Notes: generated by a model not told the origin, from the letters alone. Shown: positions 1-11,871, counted from the stretch's first letter. The stretch is DNA of 26,502 nucleotides from Octopus sinensis (GCF_006345805.1 NW_021834756.1:1-26502), one strand, 5' to 3'. Numbers and translations: made by a program.

Positions 1-20
1 ATACGTACATATGTGTAAAT

Positions 21-55
<35 letters not shown>

Positions 56-1330
56 GTAAGTTTATATGTCTGTATCCGTCTGTATAATAGGTAACTGCAC
101 GTATATATATATTTTATTTTTTATTTTTTTGAGTATGCATGTAAGTATATGAACATAAGGAGACGCGTGTGTGTGTGTGTATGTGTAAGCATATGTATAG
201 ATATATGTATACTTTTACGCATGTGTGTACTTATGTGTATATATGGATGCGCGCGTGTGTGTGTGTTTGGGTACGCATGTATATGTGTATGTGTGTGTAT
301 GTATATGTGTGTGTATATGTGCATATGTATGTATGTACATGTATATATATGTATATATATGTATATATATATATATATATGTATGTGTATGTATATGTAT
401 GTGTATGTATGCGCGTATATGTATGTATATGTATATGTGTGGGTGTGTGTATGTGTATATATGTATGTATGTACGGGTATATATATATGTATGTATATAT
501 ACGAATATATATATATAATATATATATGTGTGTGTATGTGTATGTATTTGTATGTAGGTGTATACGTATGTGTGTATATATATTTATTGGATGTATATGT
601 ATGGACTAGTCTTCTTGGGTGGTATTGAGGTATTATGTGTAAGCGTGTAGACATGAATCTGTAGGTACACGTACGTATGTGTATATATGTGAATGTATGT
701 AGATGTATGTATGTATGAATATAACGCGTGCGTGCGTGTATGTGTATGAGTGTACGAATGAGTGAGTGTGCGTGCGAATGCGTGTGCGGGTGCGTGAGTG
801 AGTGCTTGTGTTCGAGTAGAAGATAAAGGACTTGCGTGTGTCGTCCCCAGGGACGATAGCCAAGATGCTTGTGACCCGCGGGTCAATGATAACAAAAGTA
901 ATAAATAAAGATAATAATAAAATTAAAATTAGGGAATGGTTTGTATTTGTATGTATATGTTGTATGTGTAGGTATGTATAGGTACACATGTGTATATATA
1001 TATATATATTATATATATATATATATATACATATTGTATATATGGACTTGTGTGTGCATGTGTGTATGTAGATATGTGTGTGTATGTGTGTATGTATATG
1101 TGTGTGTATGTATATAATATTTTTGTGTATATTTATGTGTGGGGGCGTGTTGTGTAATATACATTTGTGTGTATATATATATTACATATATATGTATATA
1201 TATATATTGTATATGTATATATATATGTATATGTATATTATATATGTGTGTGCTATGTATGTGTGTATGATATTGTGTGTGGTGTGTGTATATATATACA
1301 TATGTTGTATATGTATAAGTGAGAATCTCC
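1..1330. repeat. Compound (TA)n/(TG)n/(TATG)n microsatellite block
   Basis: Near-continuous degenerate TA, TG and TATG runs. A short GC-richer island at about 800-900 interrupts the block. Confidence 0.95.
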
Positions 1331-1527
1331 TTATTTACCTAAATCTATTCTTCTATATATTTTTTTCTTCTTTTATTTATTTTTTTATCTAATTTACCAC
1401 TGACTCCTTGACCACTCCCCCAAGTATGATATTTTTGCGCTATGCCTACCCCCAAAAAGTCCCCCACCACCACCACCCCTTTAAACCTGCCTAAATGTAT
1501 AAATGCCATACACAATTCTTGTTAACT

Positions 1528-1578
1528 AGCTTCCTGATGATTTCTCTTGAATGAAACAGTTCTAGTCCTGTAGAAGCT
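1528..1578 (+). ncRNA. Type I hammerhead ribozyme motif (PLE-type)
   Basis: AGCTTC-CTGATGA-t ttc tctt gaa t-GAAA-cag ttctagtc ctg-TA-GAAGCT: 6-bp stem I, intact CUGAUGA/GAAA core, stem III ACAG/CUGU, predicted GUA cleavage. The 10.1-11.1 position is a U-U mismatch. Confidence 0.8.
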
Positions 1579-1664
1579 CCTTCTATATAATAAATTAATT
1601 TTACTCTGCTATGTATTGAGTACCTTATTTACTGTGGTTAACCCCCAATCAACCCGGGACCTAC

Positions 1665-1734
<70 letters not shown>

Positions 1735-1949
1735 ATGTATGTATGATGTATGTATGTATGTACGTATGTATGTATGTATGTATGTTTGTATTTACATATA
1801 TATTTATATTAATATAGATAGATAGATAGAAAGAGAGAGAGGGAGAGAAACATATACGTATATATTTTCTTACCCGTCGCTCTTAATCGAGCATGACTTT
1901 GTACAAGAAATCAGCTGAAAGTTTTTAATTCATTTTTTATTTCTCATTG

Positions 1950-3240
1950 GAAGAAATCATTTCAACGATATTTTGATCTTCTTCACATTCTATAGCAAAC
2001 ACCCGAGAATAGACTTAACCCCAAATATTTTTTAATATTGCTGTTACAAGTAGTGTAGTGGATCTTGCTCTTTGTTTTTGTTCTGCTTATTGCTTCATCC
2101 TTAAACTCTGGAACAGTTTTTCCTTCCATTTAGCCCTTCCCCTGCAACGTTCTCTCACATTCACTCGCAATCAAAAAAACACCCTTCGTTGCAATGAAAT
2201 TGTTTCGAGCGGTCTCTTCGACTGTTTTCTCATTTTCACCCTTGGGTACAAAGCGTACTCTTTACTATAATTGGTATTCTAGCAAGAAAGTCTCAAAGCT
2301 AACCATATTACAACTCTGCAATCCCCCTAGTTGGAAATGTAGTTTCGTCAAGAAATGTTCCCTAGTAAATTGTAAATGGTTCCATTGGCAACGCATTAGT
2401 TGTTTGGTACACTTTGTTTCTCATCAAATTAGAAGTCAGTAATAATACTTGGTACACATCTTCATCTTTAAACAATTTCATGCTCCGTTTGTTCCACAGT
2501 GGACCAATGAGCTTGTCGATAGTGACCTTAGATATTGGGCATTCCACTTCTTGTCTTGACTATTGTCATAAGAAATAGTGCTGCCTAAAATGTGAATTAT
2601 TTCTCGATACTTAGAGTTTCATTCACAATCATGATTGTGTCCTTGGATTATATTTAGGTTGATGCAAGTGGGTCAGTCTCTATTTATACGTTGATACAAA
2701 TTTTCAGTCCCTTTTACAGTTGACAGGCAGAAATTTCAAAATCGCACATTGCAAATGGTGTGTAGTTTTCTAGACAACTTCTAGTGAATGATCAAGTGTT
2801 GAATCAGCAGCGTAAAATGTTGTACTCGGATAAACACATCATGGCACTTCTTGATGGATACTAGTTTACATATGTCCAATAATATATCATCCACTCGTGC
2901 GTATATGTTTATGCGGCCGTGCTTATAAACGTGACTAAGAAACATTCAGCTTTTGGAGGAGTTTGCCACATAGCCAACATTCTCTGAAGAATTAGGGGCG
3001 TTTACAGAACAGTCGTCTACTGTCATAGACTTCTTCCGGGATACTGTCTGCACCACATAGACAAAATTCAGAAGTGTTGGTGAAGTTTACAATGAAGTTA
3101 CATCCATCCAATTGGGAGGCTGGTCAGTGCTACAAGTTTTAAAGATTTTGTCTCATTGATGGAAATTAGCAGCTCCAATATATTCGGTGACAGGCCCATA
3201 CTAGTATCATCCAGAAGTTTGTACAGACCCTCAATGGGAC
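1950..3240 (-). mobile_element. Highly degraded RTE-clade LINE (RT C-terminal half)
   Basis: Minus-strand frames give FYAAD (about YADD), GLKICIN, ILGSTISYDNSQDK-ECPISK, LWNKRSMKLFK and ENSRRDRSKQF in the order expected for RTE RTs. Many stops and frameshifts; boundaries approximate. Confidence 0.6.
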
Positions 3241-3276
3241 ATTACTGCTATTCTAGAAACTACACACACACACACA

Positions 3277-3330
<54 letters not shown>

Positions 3331-3344
3331 ATATATATATAATA

Positions 3345-3621
3345 TAATTCGAGACAAAACCACTATTTTAAAACCAAACAAGGAAGACTTAATCAATACA
3401 TAAAATTTTAATATAAATTAAATAACCGCCACTACAAATGTTTCATGTCTGCTCCGACAATCTTCAGGTGGATTTTCGATCTTCTAATCAGTATCAAATT
3501 TTGAAGATTGTCGGAGCAGACATGAAACATTTGTAGTGGCGGTTTATTTAATTTATATTAAAATTTTATGTATTAAGTCTTTCCTTGTTTGGTTTTAAAA
3601 TAGTGGTTTTGTCTCGAATTA
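3345..3621. repeat. Fold-back inverted repeat (arms 3345-3466 and 3502-3621, 35-nt spacer) of a hammerhead-bearing terminal repeat
   Basis: The arms are reverse complements differing only by three small indels. (TA)n lies directly left of the left arm and about 90 nt right of the right arm. Confidence 0.95.
3429..3471 (-). ncRNA. Minimal type I hammerhead motif
   Basis: Minus strand: CCAC-CTGAAGA-t tgtc ggagca gaca t-GAAA-cattt-GTA-GTGG. Stem I 4 bp, stem II 4 bp plus U-U, near-palindromic stem III ACAUUUGU. The plus-strand copy from 3502 is truncated at C3. Confidence 0.75.
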
Positions 3622-3710
3622 CATTATATAATATTTTACTATAAAATTGGATTTAACCCTAAATCTGATTTTTCCCTGTAATTTTGGATTCATTCCCTAA
3701 TATTTATTAT

Positions 3711-3742
<32 letters not shown>

Positions 3743-3850
3743 ATATTTTTTCCGACCAGACCATAAGATGTTGCTACACATCGCTGGTCACAATGCGTTT
3801 GCATTGTTTTAGCCTTCGAACGACGCCACCCCGCTGGCTAAGCGAGCAGG

Positions 3851-3885
<35 letters not shown>

Positions 3886-3888
<3 letters not shown>

Positions 3889-4195
3889 AAAACGAAAAAT
3901 GGCAGAAGAACACCACAGGCGACAACAAAACATCCAGACAGTTGGATAATACTAAAAGGGACATGAAAAAACAAGGACGGTTCATTTAGTGTTTTATTTC
4001 AACAGTCGAGTTCCAGATTATCTTTTCTGGTTCGGCTGGTTATACTCGAGACTGCTTTAGTCTGGCCAACCCCAAGGACAATCTAAGCTAAGAGCACTAG
4101 ATTCCTTGGAAGAAAGCCGCGAATGTATACGAAAACAAGGACAGAAAAACGGAGAACTGGTACACAAATACAAATGCAAACAACAGGACATGATA
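3886..4195 (-). mobile_element. (TA)n-flanked unclassified repeat with a structured core
   Basis: Non-repetitive ~310 bp island bounded on both sides by (TA)n, containing multiple helices at 4006-4109. Class not established. Confidence 0.4.
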
Positions 4196-4198
4196 TAT

Positions 4199-4244
<46 letters not shown>

Positions 4245-4598
4245 TGACATTAGCATAAGGAAATGTTATGGCCTTCGTCTTCTAGTTCTATCAATGGATT
4301 TTCACGGATCACCATTCTTCATATATATCTGCAATCTACGAAGAGGGTGTGGTATTACTTAAGCATGTTGTTAAATAATATCCGGTTATTTACTCCCTTG
4401 TGTGAAACCAAAAGATAGGAAAGGCTGACATGGATCGATAATACGGTAAATTTCGCTAATATATGCATGTGCGCGCGTGTGTATTAATACAGAATATAAG
4501 CATAGAATACTCACAATATTCTGAGTGCTTCGCAGCAACCTCAGAAACGAAGATATCCGATTTCTACTCGGTAACCACTGCATTTCCAGTCGTAATCA

Positions 4599-4684
<86 letters not shown>

Positions 4685-4689
<5 letters not shown>

Positions 4690-5340
4690 GGTCGGCTGAG
4701 AAGTTCATAGGCTGACCAAGATACGTTCATGATGAAATGAGGTTTAGTTTTCAACTTAGTCCCCTTTGCGGTCCACCTGGCTCAAAATGATAATCCCAAC
4801 ACTTATCTTGGGTCAGGAAACGTTCAAAGAAGCCAGCTAACACTGCCTCAAACGATGTTAGATTTTCCCGTGATGTGATCTTCCAGGAATGCTTTTAATA
4901 AGGTGTCATTAATGTGTCTTCCCCTGAAAAGGAACCTTCGTCGTACCAAGTTCATTGAGCACAATATTTTCACCTCGCCCACTGGATATTCTAATAGCAT
5001 TGGTTAATTGATTTATAGTCAATTGGATATTCTAATAGCATTGGTTAATTGATTTATAGTCAATTGCCTGTCATCCTTATGGTGAACACGATAAATATTA
5101 TTTTCAGTCGGGGCAGCAGCAGGACGTTTAGACGTTGGGTCATCTCCAAGACTGTCCATTTCCCTCCTAAATTCATCTGCTCACCTTTACACATGTAAAA
5201 AAACTGGAGCGGCATCCCGTCATTTAGGAAGCATGTTAGCATCCTTTTTCTGCAGGTAATTGATAATATCACGTTACTAAATCTTGTTCATTTTCAAAGG
5301 AAGTCACTACTAGTTATTTTCGAAGTATTCTTTAAACAGT
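4685..5340 (-). mobile_element. Mariner (Tc1/mariner) DNA transposon relic, internally deleted
   Basis: Minus-strand frames: ADEFRREMDSLGDDPTSKRP (about WxxEFKRGRESLEDDPRSGRP), MTINQLTNAIRIS, RGENIVLNELGTTKV. A mariner-like TIR (gagagggtcggctgagaagttc) follows TA at 4685; the other TIR is not seen. 41-bp tandem duplication at 4983-5064. Confidence 0.8.
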
Positions 5341-5479
5341 CAGATGTTAGTTTATTTCTATACATATTTACATATTTATATGAGTAAGAGTCTTTGCATT
5401 TCAAAATTGATTATGATGCAGTTTTTTCTTAAATTGTGGAGTAATTTGTTTATACTATCTCCAATTTTTGTTACAAATT

Positions 5480-5665
5480 TTTGGCATAAGACCAGCTATT
5501 GGCGAGGGCGGGCAGTCAATTATATCAACATGACCACTAGGCTGCTACATTATTTTCTTGGCCTCGAAAGAATGAGGTGCAAAGTTGACCACAGTGGTGT
5601 ATGAACTCAGAATGTAAAGAGAGGGAAGATTTGTTGCTAAGCATTTTGCCAAGATGCTAATGATT
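5480..5665 (-). mobile_element. Old degenerate copy of SINE family B
   Basis: Aligns by eye to 22570-22725 (e.g. gcaaagttgacc..gaactcagaatgtaa..gctaagcattt). Confidence 0.65.
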
Positions 5666-5957
5666 TTATTTTCATCGTATATCGCAGAGTAATTATTTTG
5701 ACTATTACTTTGCAATTCAGTGTTAACAGCTGGAAATTGCCAGAGATATTTTAAATAATTGCACTGCCTTTACAGTTTCAAAATATATTGTTTTCTGAAT
5801 GACTATCTTTCATTTAGCGGTAATATTACATAGTAAAATAAAACTATTTCCTTTACGCCTACATACACACCCTGTAGAGTCTTCTTTGGATCAGATCACT
5901 TTGCTCTTTGATATAATAATGTGCATCTATATACGTTCAAATGTAGTCATATGTGTG

Positions 5958-6044
<87 letters not shown>

Positions 6045-6519
6045 ATATATATATATGTATATATATATATGGAAAACTGACACACACACATACAAACGTG
6101 GATTCACACCAGATACGCAACACACGCACAAACAAAGATATATGAACATGCGTGCATGTACATGCGCATCCGTATATATTTCTTAAATCATCCAACAAAT
6201 TATACACAGTAATGGAAAATCTAAAAACTACGATAATGTAGATTTATACATTGATTGTGAATCTATTTATCAAAAATTATCTTTATAAAATATATAAAAT
6301 GAGAGCATATCATGAATACTTTCAAACATTCTCATGCATATACATTTAAGCAGTCTTCTGTAAACATAGATAATGATATACCTCACATTGAAACTAAGAT
6401 CAGTTTAGAAGAGAACGTAATACAGATACATTATATGCTCCTGGACAATTCAGTGCACTGGGCCCCGTAGTGCTTATTTATTGAAAGCAAACCGCAGCAT
6501 ACGTAGATTGGAAGACGCC

Positions 6520-6630
6520 CGTTAGATCCCTGAGGTGCCGGGTAACTGTTCATTGTGCATGAACCTTAAGACGGCATTGGACCAACATCTAGACAACAGC
6601 AAATCAAACTAATTCTGGATAACAGAAAGC
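6520..6630 (+). mobile_element. Possible decayed 3' end of a CR1/L2-group LINE
   Basis: The segment ttaagacggcattggaccaacatcta encodes KTALDQHL, resembling FKSKLDIFL near the 3' end of the LINE copy at 24060-25760. Short and weak. Confidence 0.35.
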
Positions 6631-6693
6631 TCTAAATTTAACATAAATTGTTTATTATATGAAAATTTACAGTTACGGTGTATACAGTTAATT

Positions 6694-7085
6694 GTGGAGG
6701 CGGCACAATGGCCCAGTGGTTAGGGCAACGAACTCGCGGTCGTAGTATCGCGGTTTCGATTCCCAGACCGGGCGTTGTGAGTGTTTATTGAGCGAAAACA
6801 CTTAAAGCTCCACGAGGCTCCGGCAGGGGATGGTGGTGATCCCTGCTGTACTCTTTCACCACAACTTTCTCTCACTCTTTCTTCCTATTTCTGTTGTACC
6901 TGCATTTCAAAGGGCCGGCCTTGTCACTCTCTGTGTCACGCTGAATATCCCCGAGAACTACATTGAGGGTACACGTGTCTGTGGAGTGCTCAGTCACTTA
7001 CACGTTAGTTTCACGAGCAGGCTGTTCCGTTGGTCGGGTCAACCGGAACCCTCACCGTCGTAACCGACGGAGTGCTTCCCCCTAA
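6694..7085 (+). mobile_element. tRNA-derived SINE family A, copy 1
   Basis: Pol III A box TGGCCCAGTGG and B box GGTTTCGATTCC. 12-bp TSD ATACAGTTAATT at 6682-6693 and 7086-7097. A closely similar copy lies at 20378-20773. Confidence 0.92.
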
Positions 7086-7444
7086 ATACAGTTAATTACA
7101 TCTTGATGATTTATACAGCACACATTCGATTAGAAACCTCCCCTCGTGAAAAAGCGGATTGTTTTCGAAGGGAAGATAATTTATTGGCCATTACAAAGGA
7201 AATTGCTTCAATCTTCTTCAAACTATCTTTTTCGTGATGTGTGGTAACGCTTGCTGATATTTCAAGAAGCAACGAGAGACCAGTAATGATCTTATCTGGC
7301 TACATGACTTGCTAATAATAGCAGCTAAATTTGCTTGAAATTATAGCATTCCTACCGCCGTATATCGAGAAAGAAACAAGGAAGAATGTACTTATACATA
7401 TCGGTGATCGTCTATGGTTATAGGTCTGATCAATGAAAGATGAC

Positions 7445-7477
<33 letters not shown>

Positions 7478-7481
7478 GTTA
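7445..7481. repeat. (TAA)n/(TTA)n array at the 3' junction of the R4-like element
   Basis: About 11 TAT/TTA units directly abutting the poly(A). Confidence 0.95.
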
Positions 7482-9336
7482 TTTTTTTTCTTCTTCTTTC
7501 AAATTTGCTTCCATTTCTTGCCGAGTGTCTTCCCGACTCCTAGGGCAAAGAAACTCATAGTATACATTGGTAGGCCATTAAACTAAACTCACTAGTTCGT
7601 TCATTTAAAAAAAGTTTTTTTAAAGTTAAATTAAAATACATGGGTAGTAATAGTTCTCACATCGACAATGCTCTTCTCACTCCGTGTGATGAACAATTTA
7701 AGACAATCTTTTGCACTTTTTGCAGGGATGGTAAGCCAGGGATCATTCTCATATAATTTTCGGTTCCCTTCTTGATCGTTCCTAGTGCTCCTATGATCAC
7801 TGGTATTGTAACCGCCTTGAGATGCCACATTTTCTCAATTTCAATGAGCAGGTCTTTATATTTTCTGAGCTTGTCAAACTCTTTCGCCGAGATATTATGA
7901 TCACAGGGGATGCTCATGTCGATCAATAAGCAAACTTTATTGTTTTGGTCTTTCACAACAATATCCGGTTTATTGGCTTTGATGTACTGGAAAGTCCCAC
8001 AGAATCGTTACCTTTTCTCTTTCAGTTACAGCTTCAGGGTGGTGATTATACCACTTGTCGGCAGTTTTGATATTGTAATGCCGACTTATTAGCCAGTGTA
8101 GATATTGGCCAACTCTGTCATGTCTTAATTTATACTTCACAGGTGCTAAGACTTTACATCCAGAGATTAGGTGGTCCACTGTTTCAATCATGTCGTTACA
8201 GAATCGGCATTTTGTGTCTGCTCCATTTTTCATCACATTGGCCTGGTAGTTCCGGGTTAATAGGCTTTGATCTTGAGCAGCCAGGATGAAACCTTCGCTC
8301 TCTGCTTTTAGCCCTGAGCTCTGTAGCCACTGATGGGTTTGCTTCTGGTCAACATCAGCTTGTTTGCTACGGGCCACATATTTGCCGTGCAGAGGTTTCT
8401 CCTCCCACCTATCAGCCAATTGCTCGTGCGCTTTTTTCGTTGTCATTATTTTCACCTTCTTTGCAACAATAGTTGCCGTACTTCCCTCGGGTTGTTCAGT
8501 TTGGGTATCCTGCACGAGATCAATAGCAAATTTTTTGCTTTCCTTTATGATAGAATGAAGCTTCTTTCGTCTCTCGTGATTTTCCACGAGCTTTAGCATC
8601 CAGTCATTCGTTATTTCTAGATATTTGGCCAGTCCAATTGTGGTTGTTTTGTAAGCTAGTTCAAATTGGATCAGGCCTCGACCTCCTTGGGCTCTGGGGA
8701 GGTAAAAGGCGATCTACGTCTGCCTTTGGGTGGTGCATCCTATTACAACTCAGCAGCTTGCGTATTTTCCTATCTATATTCTTTACTTCACTCATATTCC
8801 AGTTCAACACATTGTAGCTATAAGTAACAACTGGAACTGCTAAGGAATTTATAGCTAACACCTTGTTACGTGCATTTGTTCAGATTTCAGGACTGCACGA
8901 ACTCTCCTATAACATTCCTTCCTGATTTTCTCTTTCATGCTTGCATGCTGAATACCAGAGCCTTCATTTCTCCTAAATATGTATGTTTGTTCTTGCTCAA
9001 GATCTCTTATGACTGTGTCAACATCTAACACGACTGAATTTGTGGTCTTCACTTTCCCTTTCTGGAAAGTGGCCTTGGCACACTTCTCAAGTCCAAACTC
9101 CATCCCGATGTCATCGCTGAATGCTTTCACAGTGCACAATAGGCCTTCAAGTTCATTATCGTCCTTACCATAGAGTTTTAAGTCATCCATATAAAATAGA
9201 TGGCTTATTTTTTTATTGACAATTTTATACCCGTACCCTGTTCTGTTTAATTCACTTGTAAGGGATATTAGGGCTATGCAGAATATTAGAGGTGAAAGTG
9301 AGTCACCTTGAAAAATTCCACAGTTGATGTTTTTTA

Positions 9337-9339
<3 letters not shown>
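7482..9339 (-). mobile_element. 5'-truncated R4/Dong-like non-LTR retrotransposon (RT plus CCHC plus restriction-like endonuclease)
   Basis: GIFQGDSLSP and YMDD RT motifs, CRFC..ETVDHLISGC zinc knuckle, RHD, KPD, LLIDMSIP and KYKDL RLE motifs. 3' UTR with a short poly(A) running into (TAA)n. Several frameshifts. Confidence 0.92.
7657..9339 (-). pseudogene. Frameshifted RT-RLE polyprotein of the R4-like element
   Basis: ORF-track pieces 8855-9190, 8661-8861, 7970-8599 and 7657-7956 join into one collinear protein ending RRALSM*. Confidence 0.9.

Positions 9340-9373
<34 letters not shown>
9340..9373. repeat. (TAA)n/(TTA)n array at the 5' junction of the R4-like element
   Basis: About 11 ATT units directly abutting the truncation point inside the RT. 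Confidence 0.95.
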
Positions 9374-10007
9374 TCTTGTATGTTTTCGCGGTAGCTTATT
9401 GTTTCCAGATTTATTTTGTCACGGTTAGGATAACTATATGATGATATTCTCATACTTGCATAGTCGTTGCCTAAATACTAACGCTATGAACACGAGGCCA
9501 AGTTAAACAAATCACAGTAGTTGGTGCTTTAGTAAAAGATATTAAAAATAGAGTGAATGGTATTTCGCATACACTCTCGTACATGGAAACGCAATTTAAC
9601 AAAAACACACCCAAAAAATAATGTTAACTGGAAACACATGATTTTGAAACTAAAAGAAAAAAACTGCAACAAATAAAGTGAAATTTTTCCGTCTTTTCTT
9701 ATGAATTATCAAATTACAATCTATAAGGTATATTCCGTTCATAGATGTTGCCACAGAGAAATGATAAAATGTGAATTTCGAAATTGTTATATCTATTCGA
9801 GCATAAATAAAATCATGCATATTTGAGTCGACCTGCCGATTAATTTTTCCGCTTTTTACTAAGATTTTCTTAAATACAGAAGAGCTATATTTTTTCTAAT
9901 AACACCAATGGATACATACATACAAGTTTATTAAACGTAAGATATGTAGAATGTATATAAACAAAATTTCTGAGAATTGCACACATTGCCAAATAATGTG
10001 CATGTAC

Positions 10008-10038
<31 letters not shown>

Positions 10039-10699
10039 CACAAACATGCATATTACATGCTATGTTTATATATATATATGTATATATACTGTATATCTGA
10101 ATATACATACATATGCACATATGTATGTTTTCCTTTGAGTTAAGAGAGTTCCTGGTGTTCGTAACTATGTGGTGAGTTTGTGTGTTGGTTGAGCTGTCGG
10201 TTCACACACCCAAGTGTGGGCATCTATTCAACTACAGAATCTGAGACAGAGAATCTTGTATGTGTGTATGTATATGTGTGTGTATGTGTGCATGTATGTA
10301 TGTCTCAGCTGATTCACCGCGAAGCGTTTAAATAACATAACCCGATACGTAAACATAGAGTAATTTTTAACGGATTATATCTGAAAGACTCATCATTCCA
10401 GTACTCCGAGTTACATGGTTCTGATCAGGCAAATCATAATCCGATCCTATTTTCCCGTGATGTCTGTTCTTTAAAAGTAATTTGAAATATTATATGACCC
10501 ATAATGAAAAACATGCTTATCTTAAATACGCGCGCGCACACACACATAGACAAACACACATACGCACCCACAGGCACACACAAACAAACAAGCAAGCATA
10601 CACACATACAAATATTATACAAATGACTGTTCGAGAGAGTTTCTTGCATTTAAAAAATGCGTATTTGTAGCTTATATTTTGATACACGATTTTAGTCAA

Positions 10700-11750
10700 A
10701 TCATGAAATGCTAAAAAAAAAAGGTCAAAAACTCCGCAATGAGCTGTTGGGGTTATACAAGGTGTCTTTCCAATGAGTGTGTACCCTAAGACTTCAAGGA
10801 CACCCAGAGAGTCACCATTTCTAAAACAAAGTGGATCAATTAGAATATGGGAACCACCTATGGCATTTCTCTGGTGGCAAGATGCTTCCTAAAATCATTC
10901 TCAACCGGTTGAAAAAGATCAGAGCAGGTCTTACCAGAGAGTCAATGTGGCTTCAAACCAGGGAGATCAATCTCGGACATTATCTTCACACTGCGGCAGC
11001 TACTAGAGAAAACGGTGGAGCAACACAAAAGCTTCTTCGAGATGTTTGTGGACATTTCCGAAGCACTTCAGGAGCTGGATCGAGAAAAGTGCTAGAGGCT
11101 TATGGATATAATAATGAGAACTTGAGAAGTTTACTCTTTTACTCTTTTACTCTTTTACTTGTTTCAGTCATTTGACTGCGGCCATGCTGGAGCACCGCCT
11201 TTAGTCGAGCAACTCGACCCCGGGACTTATTCTTTGTAAGCCCAGTACTTATTCTATCGGTCTCTTTTGCCGAACCGCTAAGTAACGGGGACATAAACAT
11301 ACCAGCATCGGTTGTCAAGCAATGCTAGAGGGACAAACACAGACACACAAACATATACACACACATACATATACATATATATACATATATACGACAGGCT
11401 TCTTTCAGTTTCCGTCTACCAAATCCACTCACAAGGCTTTGGTCGGCCCGAGGCTATAGCAGAAGACACTTGCCCAAGATGCCACGAAGTGGGACTGAAC
11501 CCGGAAACATGTGGTTGGTTACCAAGTTACTTACCACACAGCCACTCCTGCGCCTGTTTGTTAACATTATCAGGGAGTTCCACACAGAAAGAATATAGTG
11601 AAGCGTTTTCATTCAAGCATAGTGTGAAGCAAGGGTCCGCGCTCGCACCTGCAATCTTACTTCGATGCCTCGCAGCTGTGCTTGACACAACGTGGACCAA
11701 TCTGCACAAAGAGGTTTTCATAAATGAACAAGAACAGTCGACGTCGATCT
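10700..11750 (+). mobile_element. Degraded RTE-clade LINE RT fragment interrupted by a SINE
   Basis: Across frameshifts: DFKD..GKMLPKIILNRL..LPESQCGFKPGRS..DIIFTLRQLLEKTVEQ..AYG, then after the SINE KFVNIIREFH..VKQGSALAP. Removing the SINE rejoins aag ttt gtt aac; possible 4-bp TSD GTTT. Confidence 0.85.
11130..11555 (-). mobile_element. tRNA-derived SINE family C with a LINE-derived tail
   Basis: A box TGGCTGTGTGG, B box GGTTCAGTCCC, internal (CA)/(TA) microsatellite. Tail ggcggtgctccagcatggccgcagtcaaatgactgaaac followed by (AAAAGAGT)n. Confidence 0.9.
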
Positions 11751-11771
11751 AAGAGAGACAGTCGGCGTTAA

Positions 11772-11871
<100 letters not shown>

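Noticed and set aside
121-1392. Long ORFs rich in Y/I/H/T or V/C/M/Y (also at 5921-6207, 12459-13586, 18242-19218 and 22869-23188)
   Set aside because: These are translations of (TA)n/(CA)n/(TG)n microsatellites that happen to lack stop codons; not proteins.
3757-3855. GC-richer segment recalled as part of an octopus repeat
   Set aside because: No head, TSD or in-window homologue to support a classification.
6694-6775. tRNA-like A and B boxes (also at 11480-11555, 20378-20455 and 22650-22740) as tRNA genes
   Set aside because: They continue into SINE bodies with TSDs or tails and lack a full cloverleaf; they are SINE heads.
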